Assembly: GCA_965216565.1 (NCBI GenBank)
Contig: OZ244170.1
Span: forward strand, 4,672,001 to 4,736,000
Direction of reading: 5' to 3'
Source: Bythopirellula sp.
Lineage (GTDB): Bacteria > Planctomycetota > Planctomycetia > Pirellulales > Lacipirellulaceae
Length of the DNA stretch: 64,000 nucleotides
Part shown: positions 38,219-48,426 of the stretch, piece after piece
How the letters are laid out: each line of letters opens with the position of its first letter
Numbering within the stretch: position 1 is the first letter of the stretch
The notes under the pieces: model-generated
The model's input: the letters and a program-made list of their open reading frames with translations, nothing else
What the model was told of the DNA's origin: nothing
Database searches by the model: none
Translations under genes and position numbers: made by a program

Positions 38219-39304
38219 GTGTTTTTGACTATTCTGCGGCGAAAGTGTTTCGCGATGGCACTCATGGTTACGGTATCGCTGTGTGGCGAGCTCCCCGCAG
38301 GTGGGCCTGCCAAGTTCATGATGCGTACCACCGTCGACAGCAAGGTGCTGGAAGGCCAGCCGCTTCAATGGTCGGATCGTGAGATGCTGCTCCTGGGTCG
38401 TGATGGTCAGCTTCATGAGTTTCATCCTAAAGACGCCAAGAAATCGAAGAAGATTGGCACGGCCTATCGAGGTTACAACAGTGGTGAAATGAAAGCACTG
38501 TTGCGTCGCGAGTTCGACGAGCGGTTCGGAATGACCACCACCCAGCACTTTGTGGTAGTTCATCCTCAGGGTCGATGGAGCCACTGGGCCGATCGGCTCG
38601 AGTCGTTGTACCGTTCGTTTAGTCACTACATGCAAGTTCGAGGGTTTCGCCTAGAACGACCCAAGGTGCCGTTAGTGGCCGTCGTATTCCGCAACCAAGG
38701 CGACTACTACCGTCACGCTGCGGCAGGTGGAACTCCGCTGATGCCCGGCACGTTGGGGCATTACGATCCGCAATCGAATCGGATCTTTCTCTTCGATGCT
38801 GGCGGCAAAGATTGGTCAGCCAACGCCGAGACAATCATTCACGAAGCAACGCATCAAACCGCCTTCAATGTTGGCGTGCATCGACGCTTTGCGGAGCAAC
38901 CGCGCTGGCTGGTTGAGGGGTTGGCCATGATGTTCGAAGCTCGTGGCGTGTGGGATGGTCGTTCCATTTACTCGCAAAGCGATCGGCTCAATCGTGGCCG
39001 ACTGGATGACTTTCGCCACTATCTCAACTATCGACCGGCTGGTGCTATCGCAGCACTGATCGCCAACGATCAGTTGTTCCGCACCGATCCGGCTTTTGCC
39101 TATGCGGAGTCGTGGACGCTGAGCTTTTTTCTTAGCGAAACGCGTCCGCAGGAGTATAGCCGCTATCTGGCAAAGGTTGCCTCGCGGCCTCGCTTCCAAC
39201 CCTATCCCGCTCGGCAACGATTGCTCGACTTCGGCAGTGTCTTTGGCAAAGACCTGGCGCTGCTCGATGCTCAGCTGCGCCGATTTGTGAAGGGATTGGA
39301 ATAG
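38219..39304 (+). CDS. DUF1570 domain protein (zinc-peptidase-like HExxH)
   Basis: TIIHEATHQTAFN, PRWLVEGLAMMFE. Confidence 0.85.
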   Translation: MFLTILRRKCFAMALMVTVSLCGELPAGGPAKFMMRTTVDSKVLEGQPLQWSDREMLLLGRDGQLHEFHPKDAKKSKKIGTAYRGYNSGEMKALLRREFDERFGMTTTQHFVVVHPQGRWSHWADRLESLYRSFSHYMQVRGFRLERPKVPLVAVVFRNQGDYYRHAAAGGTPLMPGTLGHYDPQSNRIFLFDAGGKDWSANAETIIHEATHQTAFNVGVHRRFAEQPRWLVEGLAMMFEARGVWDGRSIYSQSDRLNRGRLDDFRHYLNYRPAGAIAALIANDQLFRTDPAFAYAESWTLSFFLSETRPQEYSRYLAKVASRPRFQPYPARQRLLDFGSVFGKDLALLDAQLRRFVKGLE

Positions 39305-39359
39305 ACCCGAACGAAGCAGGAGGCTTGTCTAGCCGCGATCTGTCAGATCGTGGTTCCAT

Positions 39360-40661
39360 CTACTTGAGCGTCCGCTTGTTGAGCCCCGTATAAACCTGAC
39401 GGGGTCGGCAGATACGTTTGGTGGGACTCGCATGCATTTCCCGCCAATGGGCAATCCATCCCGGCAGGCGGCCAATGGCAAACAGTACGGTAAACATCGG
39501 TACGGGAATGCCAATCGCGCGGTAGATAATGCCTGAGTAGAAGTCGACGTTCGGATAGAGATGACGTTCCTTGAAGTATTCGTCTTCCAAAGCAACTTCT
39601 TCCAACTCTTGGGCGATCTGGAAGATCGGGTCGTCGATGCCACGTTTCTTGAGTAACTTGTCGCACGACTTTTTGATGATGGTGGCCCGCGGATCGAAAT
39701 TCTTGTAGACGCGGTGCCCAAAACCCATCAAGCGGAAATTGTTGTCTTTGTCCTTGGCCATGTCGACATATTTGCCAACGTTTCCGCCATCCTGGCGAAT
39801 TCGCTCGAGCATGGCGACACAGGCTTCGTTGGCTCCGCCATGCAAGGGGCCCCAGAGAGCGCTGATGCCTGCGGAGATCGAAGCGAACAGGTTGGCATTC
39901 GACGAGCCTACCATGCGGACGGTCGACGTACTGCAATTTTGCTCGTGATCTGCATGCACGATCAGCAGTAAGTTGAGCGCTTCGGTAAAGTCGGGATCGA
40001 TCTCGTACTCCTCGGTGGGTACAGAGAACATCATCCGCAAAAAGTTTTCACAATAGTTCAGGTCGTTGCGTGGATAGACAAACGGTTGACCAACTGATTT
40101 CTTGTAGGCAAACGCCGCGATTGTCGGCAGCTTGGCTAACAGGCGGACGATCGATTCGTCGACTTGGCTGGGATCGTGCGGGTCGAGCGTGTCTTGGTAA
40201 AAGGTCGAAAGGGCTCCAACCACCGAGCTCAAAATCGCCATCGGATGAGCATCGCGGGGGAAGCCATCGTAAAACGACCGCATATCCTCGTGCAGCATCG
40301 TATGGTGACGAAGTTTGCCACGGAAATTGGCGAGTTCTTCGTCCGAGGGCAACTCACCGTAAATCAGCAGGTAGCCCACTTCAACAAAGTCGCACTTCTC
40401 GGCGAGCTGTTCGATGGGGTATCCGCGATAACGAAGGATGCCTTGTTCGCCATTGAGAAACGTGATCGCACTCTTCGTGGAACCTGTATTTACGTAGCCC
40501 TCGTCGAGAGTAATCAACCCGGTCTCGGATCGGAGCTTCGAAATATCAAGCGCCCGCTCTTCTTCGGTCCCCTCGATAATCGGAAATTCGATCTCTTGAT
40601 CGCCAACTGTCAAGCGGGCCATACCGGCATCGGTAGTAGTGTTTTCGACCGTGCTACTCAT
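39360..40661 (-). CDS. gltA: Citrate synthase
   Basis: HADHEQNCST, GPLHGGANE, GFGHRVYK, YPNVDFYSG. Confidence 0.97.
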   Translation of the reverse strand: MSSTVENTTTDAGMARLTVGDQEIEFPIIEGTEEERALDISKLRSETGLITLDEGYVNTGSTKSAITFLNGEQGILRYRGYPIEQLAEKCDFVEVGYLLIYGELPSDEELANFRGKLRHHTMLHEDMRSFYDGFPRDAHPMAILSSVVGALSTFYQDTLDPHDPSQVDESIVRLLAKLPTIAAFAYKKSVGQPFVYPRNDLNYCENFLRMMFSVPTEEYEIDPDFTEALNLLLIVHADHEQNCSTSTVRMVGSSNANLFASISAGISALWGPLHGGANEACVAMLERIRQDGGNVGKYVDMAKDKDNNFRLMGFGHRVYKNFDPRATIIKKSCDKLLKKRGIDDPIFQIAQELEEVALEDEYFKERHLYPNVDFYSGIIYRAIGIPVPMFTVLFAIGRLPGWIAHWREMHASPTKRICRPRQVYTGLNKRTLK

Positions 40662-40980
40662 AAATTCTCTCATTCCAAACGCAAGGAGACGACTTCGATT
40701 AGCTCTTTGTACCAATGAGGGCTGGGCGGTATTCAGAGGTAATAAAGTCTACCGTTACCGGCGGTGTGATTCAATCGCCTGCGATTTTAGGGTGGATCGC
40801 CGTCCTTGGAATCAAGGAGTTCAGGCGATTCATGCGGATCACGGGGAATAGTTGATTGCGGTTTGCTAGTGCAATTTCCCTAGAGGTTGCCCACGTCGTT
40901 CATCCGGAAAGGGCAACCATAAAGAATTTGGCAATCGCACGGTCCCGTCACTGACGTTCTGGGCTCACCTGAGCATTGAG

Positions 40981-42120
40981 CTAGGCGGCTTTCGATCGCT
41001 GGGGTGTGTGTTCTTGGATTGCCGAACTACCTGCAACTAGCTGGCGGTACGTCGCCAGATGACGCTCGGCCATACGGGAGACAGAGAAGTTCTCTTCGGC
41101 CCAAGCTTGGGCTAGGGCTGCGCGGCGATCGGCGGCGTCGCGTCGCAAGCCTTCCTTGAGTGCGGTCACAAGCCGCCGGGTCTTTCCAGCCGGGAAGGCC
41201 ACCGCATGGGGCGATTTGCCCGTTTCATCGATGCAGAGCGCTTCGCGATTGCCACCCACAGGGGTCGCTACCAGCGGACAACCAATTAGCATCCCTTCGA
41301 TTAAGACCAGCGACAACCCTTCGAAGTGCGATGCCGAAACCAACAGATCGGCTGCGGACAGCAGATCGCCCACGTCCTTGCGAAAGCCTAGGAAGTGAAC
41401 CCGGTCGGCGACACCTTCTAGCTTGGCTAGCTCTTCCAGTGCTTCTTGTTCGGTCCCGGTTCCAGCGAGCCATAGCCGCCACCGCTGCCCTTGGCGAACG
41501 CCTGCCGCGAGTGCGGAGATGAGCGTGTCGAAACCCTTTACAGGCAACAGACTGCCCAGAGCCAGTAAGTGGCTATCCGTCCGATGGCCGGAGGCGTTGT
41601 GGAACATGGCCCGTAGTCGAGCGACGTTGGCGGGATTGATGGCGGGCTTTTCCAGTCCCGCATAGATCACACTCGTTTTTTCAAGTGAGATACCCGCCTG
41701 GGTGCATTCCTCTTGGGCGGCCTGAGCGACGCAAATCACATGATCGAGCAGGCGGTTGTGTTTCCAGGCGGAGTGGATTGGGAATACGGTGTGTCGAATG
41801 CCAACTTTTTTAGCCGGCAAGCCTAAGCTAGCAACGCCTCCGCCGGTGATGGCGTGAGGGTCGTTGAAGACGATCACATCGAATTGGTTTTCTGCAAGCC
41901 ACTTCCGCAATTGCCACATGCACCAGGGAGAGCGGCCGCGGCCCGACTGTTCGAATATCTGGAGCCCCTGTTGCTTGTGGGCCCATTCAGCAGTGGGCGA
42001 ATCGCGACAGCAGGCAATCGCCAGGTCTTGCCCTAAATCGGCAAGCCCATCTATGAGGGATGCTAGCAATCTCTCGCCACCACCCCACGACGATGCTGAA
42101 CTGACAAAGCAAATTCGCAT
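40981..42120 (-). CDS. Glycosyltransferase family 4
   Basis: WGGGER, KGFD, EGLSLVLIEG. Confidence 0.9.
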   Translation of the reverse strand: MRICFVSSASSWGGGERLLASLIDGLADLGQDLAIACCRDSPTAEWAHKQQGLQIFEQSGRGRSPWCMWQLRKWLAENQFDVIVFNDPHAITGGGVASLGLPAKKVGIRHTVFPIHSAWKHNRLLDHVICVAQAAQEECTQAGISLEKTSVIYAGLEKPAINPANVARLRAMFHNASGHRTDSHLLALGSLLPVKGFDTLISALAAGVRQGQRWRLWLAGTGTEQEALEELAKLEGVADRVHFLGFRKDVGDLLSAADLLVSASHFEGLSLVLIEGMLIGCPLVATPVGGNREALCIDETGKSPHAVAFPAGKTRRLVTALKEGLRRDAADRRAALAQAWAEENFSVSRMAERHLATYRQLVAGSSAIQEHTPQRSKAA

Positions 42121-42271
42121 GAAACAGAACCTGGTCTTTCCTGATTGGCAAAGTTGCCGCTATCGTAGTCGCCCGCGCAACTTGCGTCTGTATCGATTTC
42201 GCCGGCAATTGGCGCGATTCGGTCTCACGTTGGCGCGATCCCCCGCATCGCAAATCATGGAGTCTGTACCG

Positions 42272-42949
42272 ATGAGCCAACTGGTATCTCCTCGGAATCT
42301 TATAGGAAGCTCGCTCGACCGCGTTAGAAGCAGCTTAAGAAATCGGCGTCGGCAGAAGGAATTTAGTCGGTGGGTCCAAGCAGGAAAGCCAGCGCCTCCT
42401 CCGCACCTGGCCAAGCAAGCAGTGCTGAGAGAATATGCGAAGCGCTACCAGACGCGCGTCTTCATAGAAACCGGCACGTTCATGGGCGATATGATCGAGG
42501 CGATGCGGAACACGTTCGACACGATCTATTCCATTGAGTTGAGCCCCGTCTATTTTGAGAAAGCCCAGCAACGGTTCCAGGAGTTCTCCAACATTCAACT
42601 GCTGCAAGGCGATAGCGGCAAAGTGCTGGGGGAGATCTTGCAGCACATCGACGAGCCAGCCCTGCTGTGGCTAGATGGTCATTACTCGGCAGGTAGTACT
42701 GCACGGGGTGAGAAAGACACCCCAGTATTCGAAGAGCTCAGTCACGTGATTGATGTTCTAGAGCAACAGCCAGGTCATGTCGTATTGATCGACGATGCCC
42801 GATGCTTTGGCACAGATCCGGCATACCCTTTGATTGAAGAACTCAGCGAGTATCTAAAGCGGCACGACACACAGTTCGACTTGGATGTGGAGGAAGACAT
42901 CATCCGCATTACTTCATTGACGCCCACCAAGGAACTTGAGGTCGCCTAA
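42272..42949 (+). CDS. Putative SAM-dependent methyltransferase-like protein in a glycan locus
   Basis: FIETGTFMG, SIEL, QGDSG, WLDGHYS, IDDAR; start chosen from ggag RBS. Confidence 0.72.
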   Translation: MSQLVSPRNLIGSSLDRVRSSLRNRRRQKEFSRWVQAGKPAPPPHLAKQAVLREYAKRYQTRVFIETGTFMGDMIEAMRNTFDTIYSIELSPVYFEKAQQRFQEFSNIQLLQGDSGKVLGEILQHIDEPALLWLDGHYSAGSTARGEKDTPVFEELSHVIDVLEQQPGHVVLIDDARCFGTDPAYPLIEELSEYLKRHDTQFDLDVEEDIIRITSLTPTKELEVA

Positions 42950-42966
42950 CGGCTGGCCAAAGCACC

Positions 42967-43860
42967 ATGATTGTTAGCAGAATCCAAGGTGGCTTGGGGA
43001 ACCAAATGTTCCAGTACGCCTACGGGCTGTACTTAGCCGGGCGCTACGATACGCAGTTGTGGTTGGAGTGTTCGCAGATGGCGACCGACCCGCTGCGAGA
43101 TTTGATGTTGCATCGCTGGAAGATCGATACGCCGCACGTCACCGATCATCTCCGGCAGTTGATTCCCAGTCGGTATGGCGGCAACGGCTGGAAAAACTGG
43201 CTGCACGGGAATCGCAGCTTGCGGCGGGTGGTGGAACGGCCTTTCGGATTTCAGGAGAAATACCTAGATACCGGCGACAATGTTTTTCTTGATGGCTACT
43301 GGCAGAGTGAACGGTTCTTCCCCCAGTTGCGATCGCAGTTGCAAGAATGCTTTCAGCCGTCCGGCAACACCAGCGCTACCACGGTCGCCATCGCCAAGAA
43401 GATGGCCCAGGCCAACTCGGTTTCGCTCCATGTCCGCCGGGGTGACTATGTCTCCAATGCGCACACTAACTCGGTCCACGGCGTATGTTCGCTGGAGTAC
43501 TACCAAAGTTGCATCGAACAACTGCAAGGCAGTACTGAATCGATGCATGTATTCATATTTTCCGACGACCCCAGTTGGTGCCAACAGAATTTGGCGCTCG
43601 GCTGCCCCGTGACCTACGTCCAACACAACGGTGCGGAACAGGCCCATGAAGATCTGTGGTTAATGACCCAATGTAAACATCACGTTGTGGCCAACAGCAG
43701 TTTCAGCTGGTGGGGCGCGTGGCTCCGCACAGACGATTCGGGCACAGTCTTCGCTCCGCAGCCCTGGTTCCGCAGCCCGAGTCTCGATACCCGCTCCGTG
43801 GTACCCGCCTCCTGGCGAAGGATTGCCAATGAGGGAACCACGCACGCAAAGGCGGCTTAG
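42967..43860 (+). CDS. Alpha-1,2-fucosyltransferase (GT11)
   Basis: GGLGNQMFQYA, GYWQS, HVRRGDY, NSSFSWWGAWL. Confidence 0.93.
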   Translation: MIVSRIQGGLGNQMFQYAYGLYLAGRYDTQLWLECSQMATDPLRDLMLHRWKIDTPHVTDHLRQLIPSRYGGNGWKNWLHGNRSLRRVVERPFGFQEKYLDTGDNVFLDGYWQSERFFPQLRSQLQECFQPSGNTSATTVAIAKKMAQANSVSLHVRRGDYVSNAHTNSVHGVCSLEYYQSCIEQLQGSTESMHVFIFSDDPSWCQQNLALGCPVTYVQHNGAEQAHEDLWLMTQCKHHVVANSSFSWWGAWLRTDDSGTVFAPQPWFRSPSLDTRSVVPASWRRIANEGTTHAKAA

Positions 43861-43862
43861 CA

Positions 43863-44876
43863 ATGTCTGCGCCAGCCGTTAGTGTTGTGATGCCCGTCTA
43901 CAATGGCGCTCGCTATTTGCGGCAGGCGATTGCCAGTATCCGCTGGCAAACATTCACCGATTGGGAACTCATCTGCGTGGATGACGGTTCGACCGACAAC
44001 TCAGTCGAGATACTGGCAGAGTTTGCTGAGGCGGATTCGCGTATTCGATATTTGAGCCAGGAGAATCAGGGAGTCGTCGCGGCGCGCAATCATTGTCTGC
44101 ATCTAGCCCGCGGCCAGTGGATCGCCTGCCTGGACTGCGACGACGTGGCCCTGCCCAATCGGTTGGAAGTTCAGCTCGAATTCATGAAGCTCAATCCCGA
44201 GGTGGTCGCCGTGGGCAGTAACATGCTGTGCACCGATCCTGAGGGCTTGCCAATTCAAACCACGAATTACGCCATCGAACATGCGGAGATTGAACAGAGC
44301 TTGCTCCACGGTCGCGGCAATACAATTGGCCAGCCAAGCGTGATGATGCGTCGCGATGCGGTCGACAAGGTTGGCAACTATCGGCCGGTATTTGAATGGA
44401 TCGAAGACACGGATCTCTGGCTCCGCTTGGCAGAAGTGGGATCTCTAGCGAATTTGCACGACGTGCTGACCTACTATCGCCTGCACGAACAGAGCACATG
44501 CTGGAAACGTCGCGGACTGCAGCGAACATTGATGCCGCAACTTCTGACTGAGGCGCACCGTAGAAGAAAACTGCCCGTGCCAGAAACTCCGGCAGCGAGT
44601 TTGGCTGCACCCCGCAAGCAAACGTCCGCGGCTGGCAAGTGGGCACGTCAAGCAGCACGGGCGGGCCACTACGTGAGCGCCTGGAAGCATTGGCGTCGCC
44701 AAGCGAGTGCGGAACCGTTCTCCTGGCTTACCTGTCGAGTGACTTTGGAAACGCTGCTTCGCATGGTGGGTTCGCTACTTGCGGGAAAACGCACTTCCCT
44801 CTCACTTCTTCCTGATTGGCGTCGATGGGATGCGACCGAGAGTGAATCTGACTGCGATTCGCACCGCGCTGCGTAA
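43863..44876 (+). CDS. Glycosyltransferase family 2
   Basis: SVVMPVYN, VDDGSTD, LDCDD, EDTDLWLR. Confidence 0.92.
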   Translation: MSAPAVSVVMPVYNGARYLRQAIASIRWQTFTDWELICVDDGSTDNSVEILAEFAEADSRIRYLSQENQGVVAARNHCLHLARGQWIACLDCDDVALPNRLEVQLEFMKLNPEVVAVGSNMLCTDPEGLPIQTTNYAIEHAEIEQSLLHGRGNTIGQPSVMMRRDAVDKVGNYRPVFEWIEDTDLWLRLAEVGSLANLHDVLTYYRLHEQSTCWKRRGLQRTLMPQLLTEAHRRRKLPVPETPAASLAAPRKQTSAAGKWARQAARAGHYVSAWKHWRRQASAEPFSWLTCRVTLETLLRMVGSLLAGKRTSLSLLPDWRRWDATESESDCDSHRAA

Positions 44877-45086
44877 GCATTGAATAGCTTGAATGGCAGT
44901 CGCTAGACGCTCTTGAGCACCGTGCTGCATTGTCGGGGAAAAGAAGGGGCTGGGGGGACGTTGGACTCCGGAGGCAGGTGTGCCTCCGGCTATTTGACCG
45001 GTGCTGGATTACAGTGTTCTGGAGTGGTTATTTCGCTTCGCCTTCTCTGTTGATCTCCTGCGGGATACAATCTTGCCAGCGAAACG

Positions 45087-48000
45087 ATGGAAATAGTCGT
45101 CCCCGCCGAATCGCCAGCCGCGCATCGGCTCAGCGATTTGGTTGCCCAACTCGAAGAGCAAAGCGACTTCGCCAAAGTGCTCGCCAGCTTAAATGCTGGG
45201 GACGGAGCCACCTTGGGAGGAGTCTGGGGATCGTCGTGCGCGCTGGTCGCTGCGGCACTCGCCCGTAGCTGTGCGGAAACCTTGGTGGTTGTGCTGCCGC
45301 ACGCGCGAGATATCGATTCCTTCTGCGACGACTTAACGCTCTTCACCCCAGATAGCGTGGCATCTTTCCCTGCGTGGGAAAGTGATGCAGGCGAGCGCGT
45401 GCTGCACGATGAGATTTTCGGGACGCGGTTGCGATTGCTGAAGTCCCTCAAGAATGGCAAGGGTCCGTCCGTAGTAGTTACCGCCATTCAAAGTCTCCTG
45501 CAACCGGTGCCCGACGAAAGTGATCTGCAGGCAGCGACGCGAGTCGTGTCCGTCGGCGAATCATTGGATACCGAACAGCTTTGCACTTGGCTTACGGAGC
45601 AAGGTTGCCAGAGCACTACTGCGGTGGAACTGCCAGGCGAGTTCTCGCTCCGCGGCGGCATACTCGATGTGTTTCCGCCCGATGCCCTTGATCCCGTGCG
45701 TATCGAACTCTTTGGCGATGATATTGAATCGATCCGGTCTTTTGATGTAGCTACCCAACGTAGTCTCGAGACGCATGACTCGGTTGAGTTGACCGTGCTG
45801 GAACCTAATCGCAAGAGCCGCATTCACTTTGCTAGTTATCTGAAGCAGCAAAGTTGGTTTCTGCTCGTCGAGCCTAATCAGTTGAAAGAAGAGGGCCGGT
45901 ACTACCATCAGCGATTGGAACATCCGGAGGATTTCTTCGCCACAAACACCACCCTGGCAGAGATTTTCAAATTCCCGTCCATCACCGCCTCGGGAATTCC
46001 AGCCGGCTCGTTCGAGACGACAGCCCACCTGCAGTTTGAGTCGGTAGAACGGTTTAGCGGCGATGTGCATCGCGTGCGCGAAGAGCTTGATGAAGCCACG
46101 GCGGGGCAGCAAGTCGTTCTCGTCGTAGAAACCGAAGCCGAGCAGCAGCGACTGGTGGAACTGTTCGGCGAAACCCAAGCAGCAGCCGAGGGGCGGTTGC
46201 AATATGTGCGGGGACGACTCGAGAGTGGATTCCGCTTGGTGCATCAGCAAGTGGTGCTGATTAGTGCGCTGGAACTCTTCCAACGCCAAGAAGTAGCGCG
46301 CCCCTCGCAACGCCGAACCGGCAGGGCCATCGATAGCTTTCTGCAATTGCGGGAAGGCGATTTGGTGGTCCATGTAGCCCACGGGATTGGGCGGTATCGC
46401 GGACTAAAGCTGCTGGAGAAAGAGGGCGGCGCTGAAGAGCATCTCGACGTAGAATTCGACGGCGGGACACACATTTATGTGCCCACCAGCAAAATCGATC
46501 TGGTGCAGAAATACGTGGGTGGTCGCAAGGCCGTGCCGCGACTTGCCAAGATCGGTGGGAAGACCTGGATCCGCCAGAAAGAGGCCGCTCAGAAGGCCGT
46601 CACCGATCTGGCGGTCGATATGCTGCAGCTACAGGCGGCTCGCGAGGCGCGGCCGGGGATCGCCTTTCCCAGCGATAGTCAGTGGCAGCAAGAATTCGAC
46701 GCGGCGTTTCCCTATCAGGAAACCCCGGACCAGCTTGAGGCGTTGATCTCGATCAAGCAAGACATGCAACAGCCTAAGCCGATGGATCGACTGCTCTGCG
46801 GCGATGTCGGTTTCGGCAAAACTGAAATGGCAATGCGAAGCGCCTTCAAGGCCATCGACGCCGGCTACCAAGTTGCTGTGCTTGTGCCAACGACCGTACT
46901 TGCCGAGCAACATCGCCGCACATTTTCGCAACGGATGGCGGAGTTTCCGTTTGAGATTGCGTCGATCTCGCGCTTCAGCACAGCCAAGCAACAGCGCGAG
47001 ACAATCGCAAAAGCAGCCGAGGGCACGGTCGACCTATTGATCGGTACGCACCGGCTTGTTTCCAAGGACGTACAGTTCCAAAACCTGGGTCTGGTGATAA
47101 TCGACGAAGAACAGCGATTTGGCGTCGCGATCAAAGAACGCTTGAAAGCCTTGCGGGCGAGTGTCGATGTGCTGACGATGACGGCAACGCCGATTCCGCG
47201 AACCTTGCACATGTCTCTGCTAGGGGTGCGGAGCATTTCCAATTTGGAGACGGCTCCTAAGGATCGGATTGCAGTGGAAACACGCGTTTCCCGATTCGAC
47301 GAAGGCCTGATTCGTCATGCGGTACTGCGAGAATTGAACCGCGAGGGTCAGGTGTTTTTTGTCCACAACCGGGTCCACGACATCCAAGCCGTTGCAGATC
47401 GCCTACAACGAATTGTTCCCGAAGCGTCCATTGGAATCGGCCATGGCCAGATGAACGAGTCGGAGCTGGAAGAGGTCATGCTGGGTTTCGTGCGACACGA
47501 TTTTGATATCTTGCTGGCGACGACCATCGTCGAAAGTGGCTTGGACATTCCCAATGCCAACACCATGTTTATTGACGACGCCGATCGATACGGGTTGGCC
47601 GACTTGCATCAATTGCGGGGCAGAGTAGGACGGTACAAACATCGGGCTTATTGCTATTTGTTGGTCGATGAGGATCGTCATCTATCGCCCGAGGCAGCGC
47701 GACGTTTGCGGGCAATTGAGGAGTTTAGCCAGATGGGTGCGGGCTTTGCACTCGCGATGCGCGACCTGGAACTACGCGGTGCCGGCAATCTGTTGGGCAC
47801 GCAACAAAGTGGGCACATCGCGACGGTGGGCTATGAACTTTACTGTGCCCTGTTAGAAAAGTCGGTGCGTCAGCTAAAGAATCTTCCGCTTCCGGATTCG
47901 ATCGAGGTCTCGCTCGACCTGCCGGTGGCCGCCTACTTCCCACGGCAATATGTGCCCGACATGCGGACGAAAATCGATCTCTACCGACGGCTATCACGCA

Positions 48001-48335
48001 TTGCCGATGAGGCAGAGCTCGAGGATTTCCAAGTCGAGTTGGCAGACCGCTTCGGTCCGCTCCCCGCGGCAGTGGAGCAGCTGATTGAGCTGGGCCGGCT
48101 GCGAATTTGGGCGCATGCCTGGAATATCTCCTCAATTCATCAGGAGGATAAGTACCTGGTGTTGGGCTACACGAATCCGAAAAGTATCGAATTATTGCGA
48201 GCCAAGTCGGCTGGCCAGCTGCGTGTGGCCGATGCCAGCAGTGCTTATCTGCCTATGCCACAAGCGGTTACGGAGCTGGAAGAGATTTTAACGCAATTGA
48301 AATCGCTATTGCGGCCCGAGACGACCGACAGCTAG
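45087..48335 (+). CDS. mfd: Transcription-repair coupling factor
   Basis: HGIGRY, GDVGFGKTE, DEEQRFG, TATPIPRT, QLRGRVGR. Confidence 0.97.
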   Translation: MEIVVPAESPAAHRLSDLVAQLEEQSDFAKVLASLNAGDGATLGGVWGSSCALVAAALARSCAETLVVVLPHARDIDSFCDDLTLFTPDSVASFPAWESDAGERVLHDEIFGTRLRLLKSLKNGKGPSVVVTAIQSLLQPVPDESDLQAATRVVSVGESLDTEQLCTWLTEQGCQSTTAVELPGEFSLRGGILDVFPPDALDPVRIELFGDDIESIRSFDVATQRSLETHDSVELTVLEPNRKSRIHFASYLKQQSWFLLVEPNQLKEEGRYYHQRLEHPEDFFATNTTLAEIFKFPSITASGIPAGSFETTAHLQFESVERFSGDVHRVREELDEATAGQQVVLVVETEAEQQRLVELFGETQAAAEGRLQYVRGRLESGFRLVHQQVVLISALELFQRQEVARPSQRRTGRAIDSFLQLREGDLVVHVAHGIGRYRGLKLLEKEGGAEEHLDVEFDGGTHIYVPTSKIDLVQKYVGGRKAVPRLAKIGGKTWIRQKEAAQKAVTDLAVDMLQLQAAREARPGIAFPSDSQWQQEFDAAFPYQETPDQLEALISIKQDMQQPKPMDRLLCGDVGFGKTEMAMRSAFKAIDAGYQVAVLVPTTVLAEQHRRTFSQRMAEFPFEIASISRFSTAKQQRETIAKAAEGTVDLLIGTHRLVSKDVQFQNLGLVIIDEEQRFGVAIKERLKALRASVDVLTMTATPIPRTLHMSLLGVRSISNLETAPKDRIAVETRVSRFDEGLIRHAVLRELNREGQVFFVHNRVHDIQAVADRLQRIVPEASIGIGHGQMNESELEEVMLGFVRHDFDILLATTIVESGLDIPNANTMFIDDADRYGLADLHQLRGRVGRYKHRAYCYLLVDEDRHLSPEAARRLRAIEEFSQMGAGFALAMRDLELRGAGNLLGTQQSGHIATVGYELYCALLEKSVRQLKNLPLPDSIEVSLDLPVAAYFPRQYVPDMRTKIDLYRRLSRIADEAELEDFQVELADRFGPLPAAVEQLIELGRLRIWAHAWNISSIHQEDKYLVLGYTNPKSIELLRAKSAGQLRVADASSAYLPMPQAVTELEEILTQLKSLLRPETTDS

Positions 48336-48426
48336 AATCCCGCCGCTTTTCTTCAGGAATATATGGCTCTTCAGCTGCCAGTGGGTGCAGCGATGCGCAG
48401 CAATTCCCCAATAGCGACGAATCAAC

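Noticed and set aside
41864..42271. Long N-terminal extension of ORF 41864-42949
   Set aside because: It overlaps the divergent GT4 gene; an RBS-supported start exists at 42272
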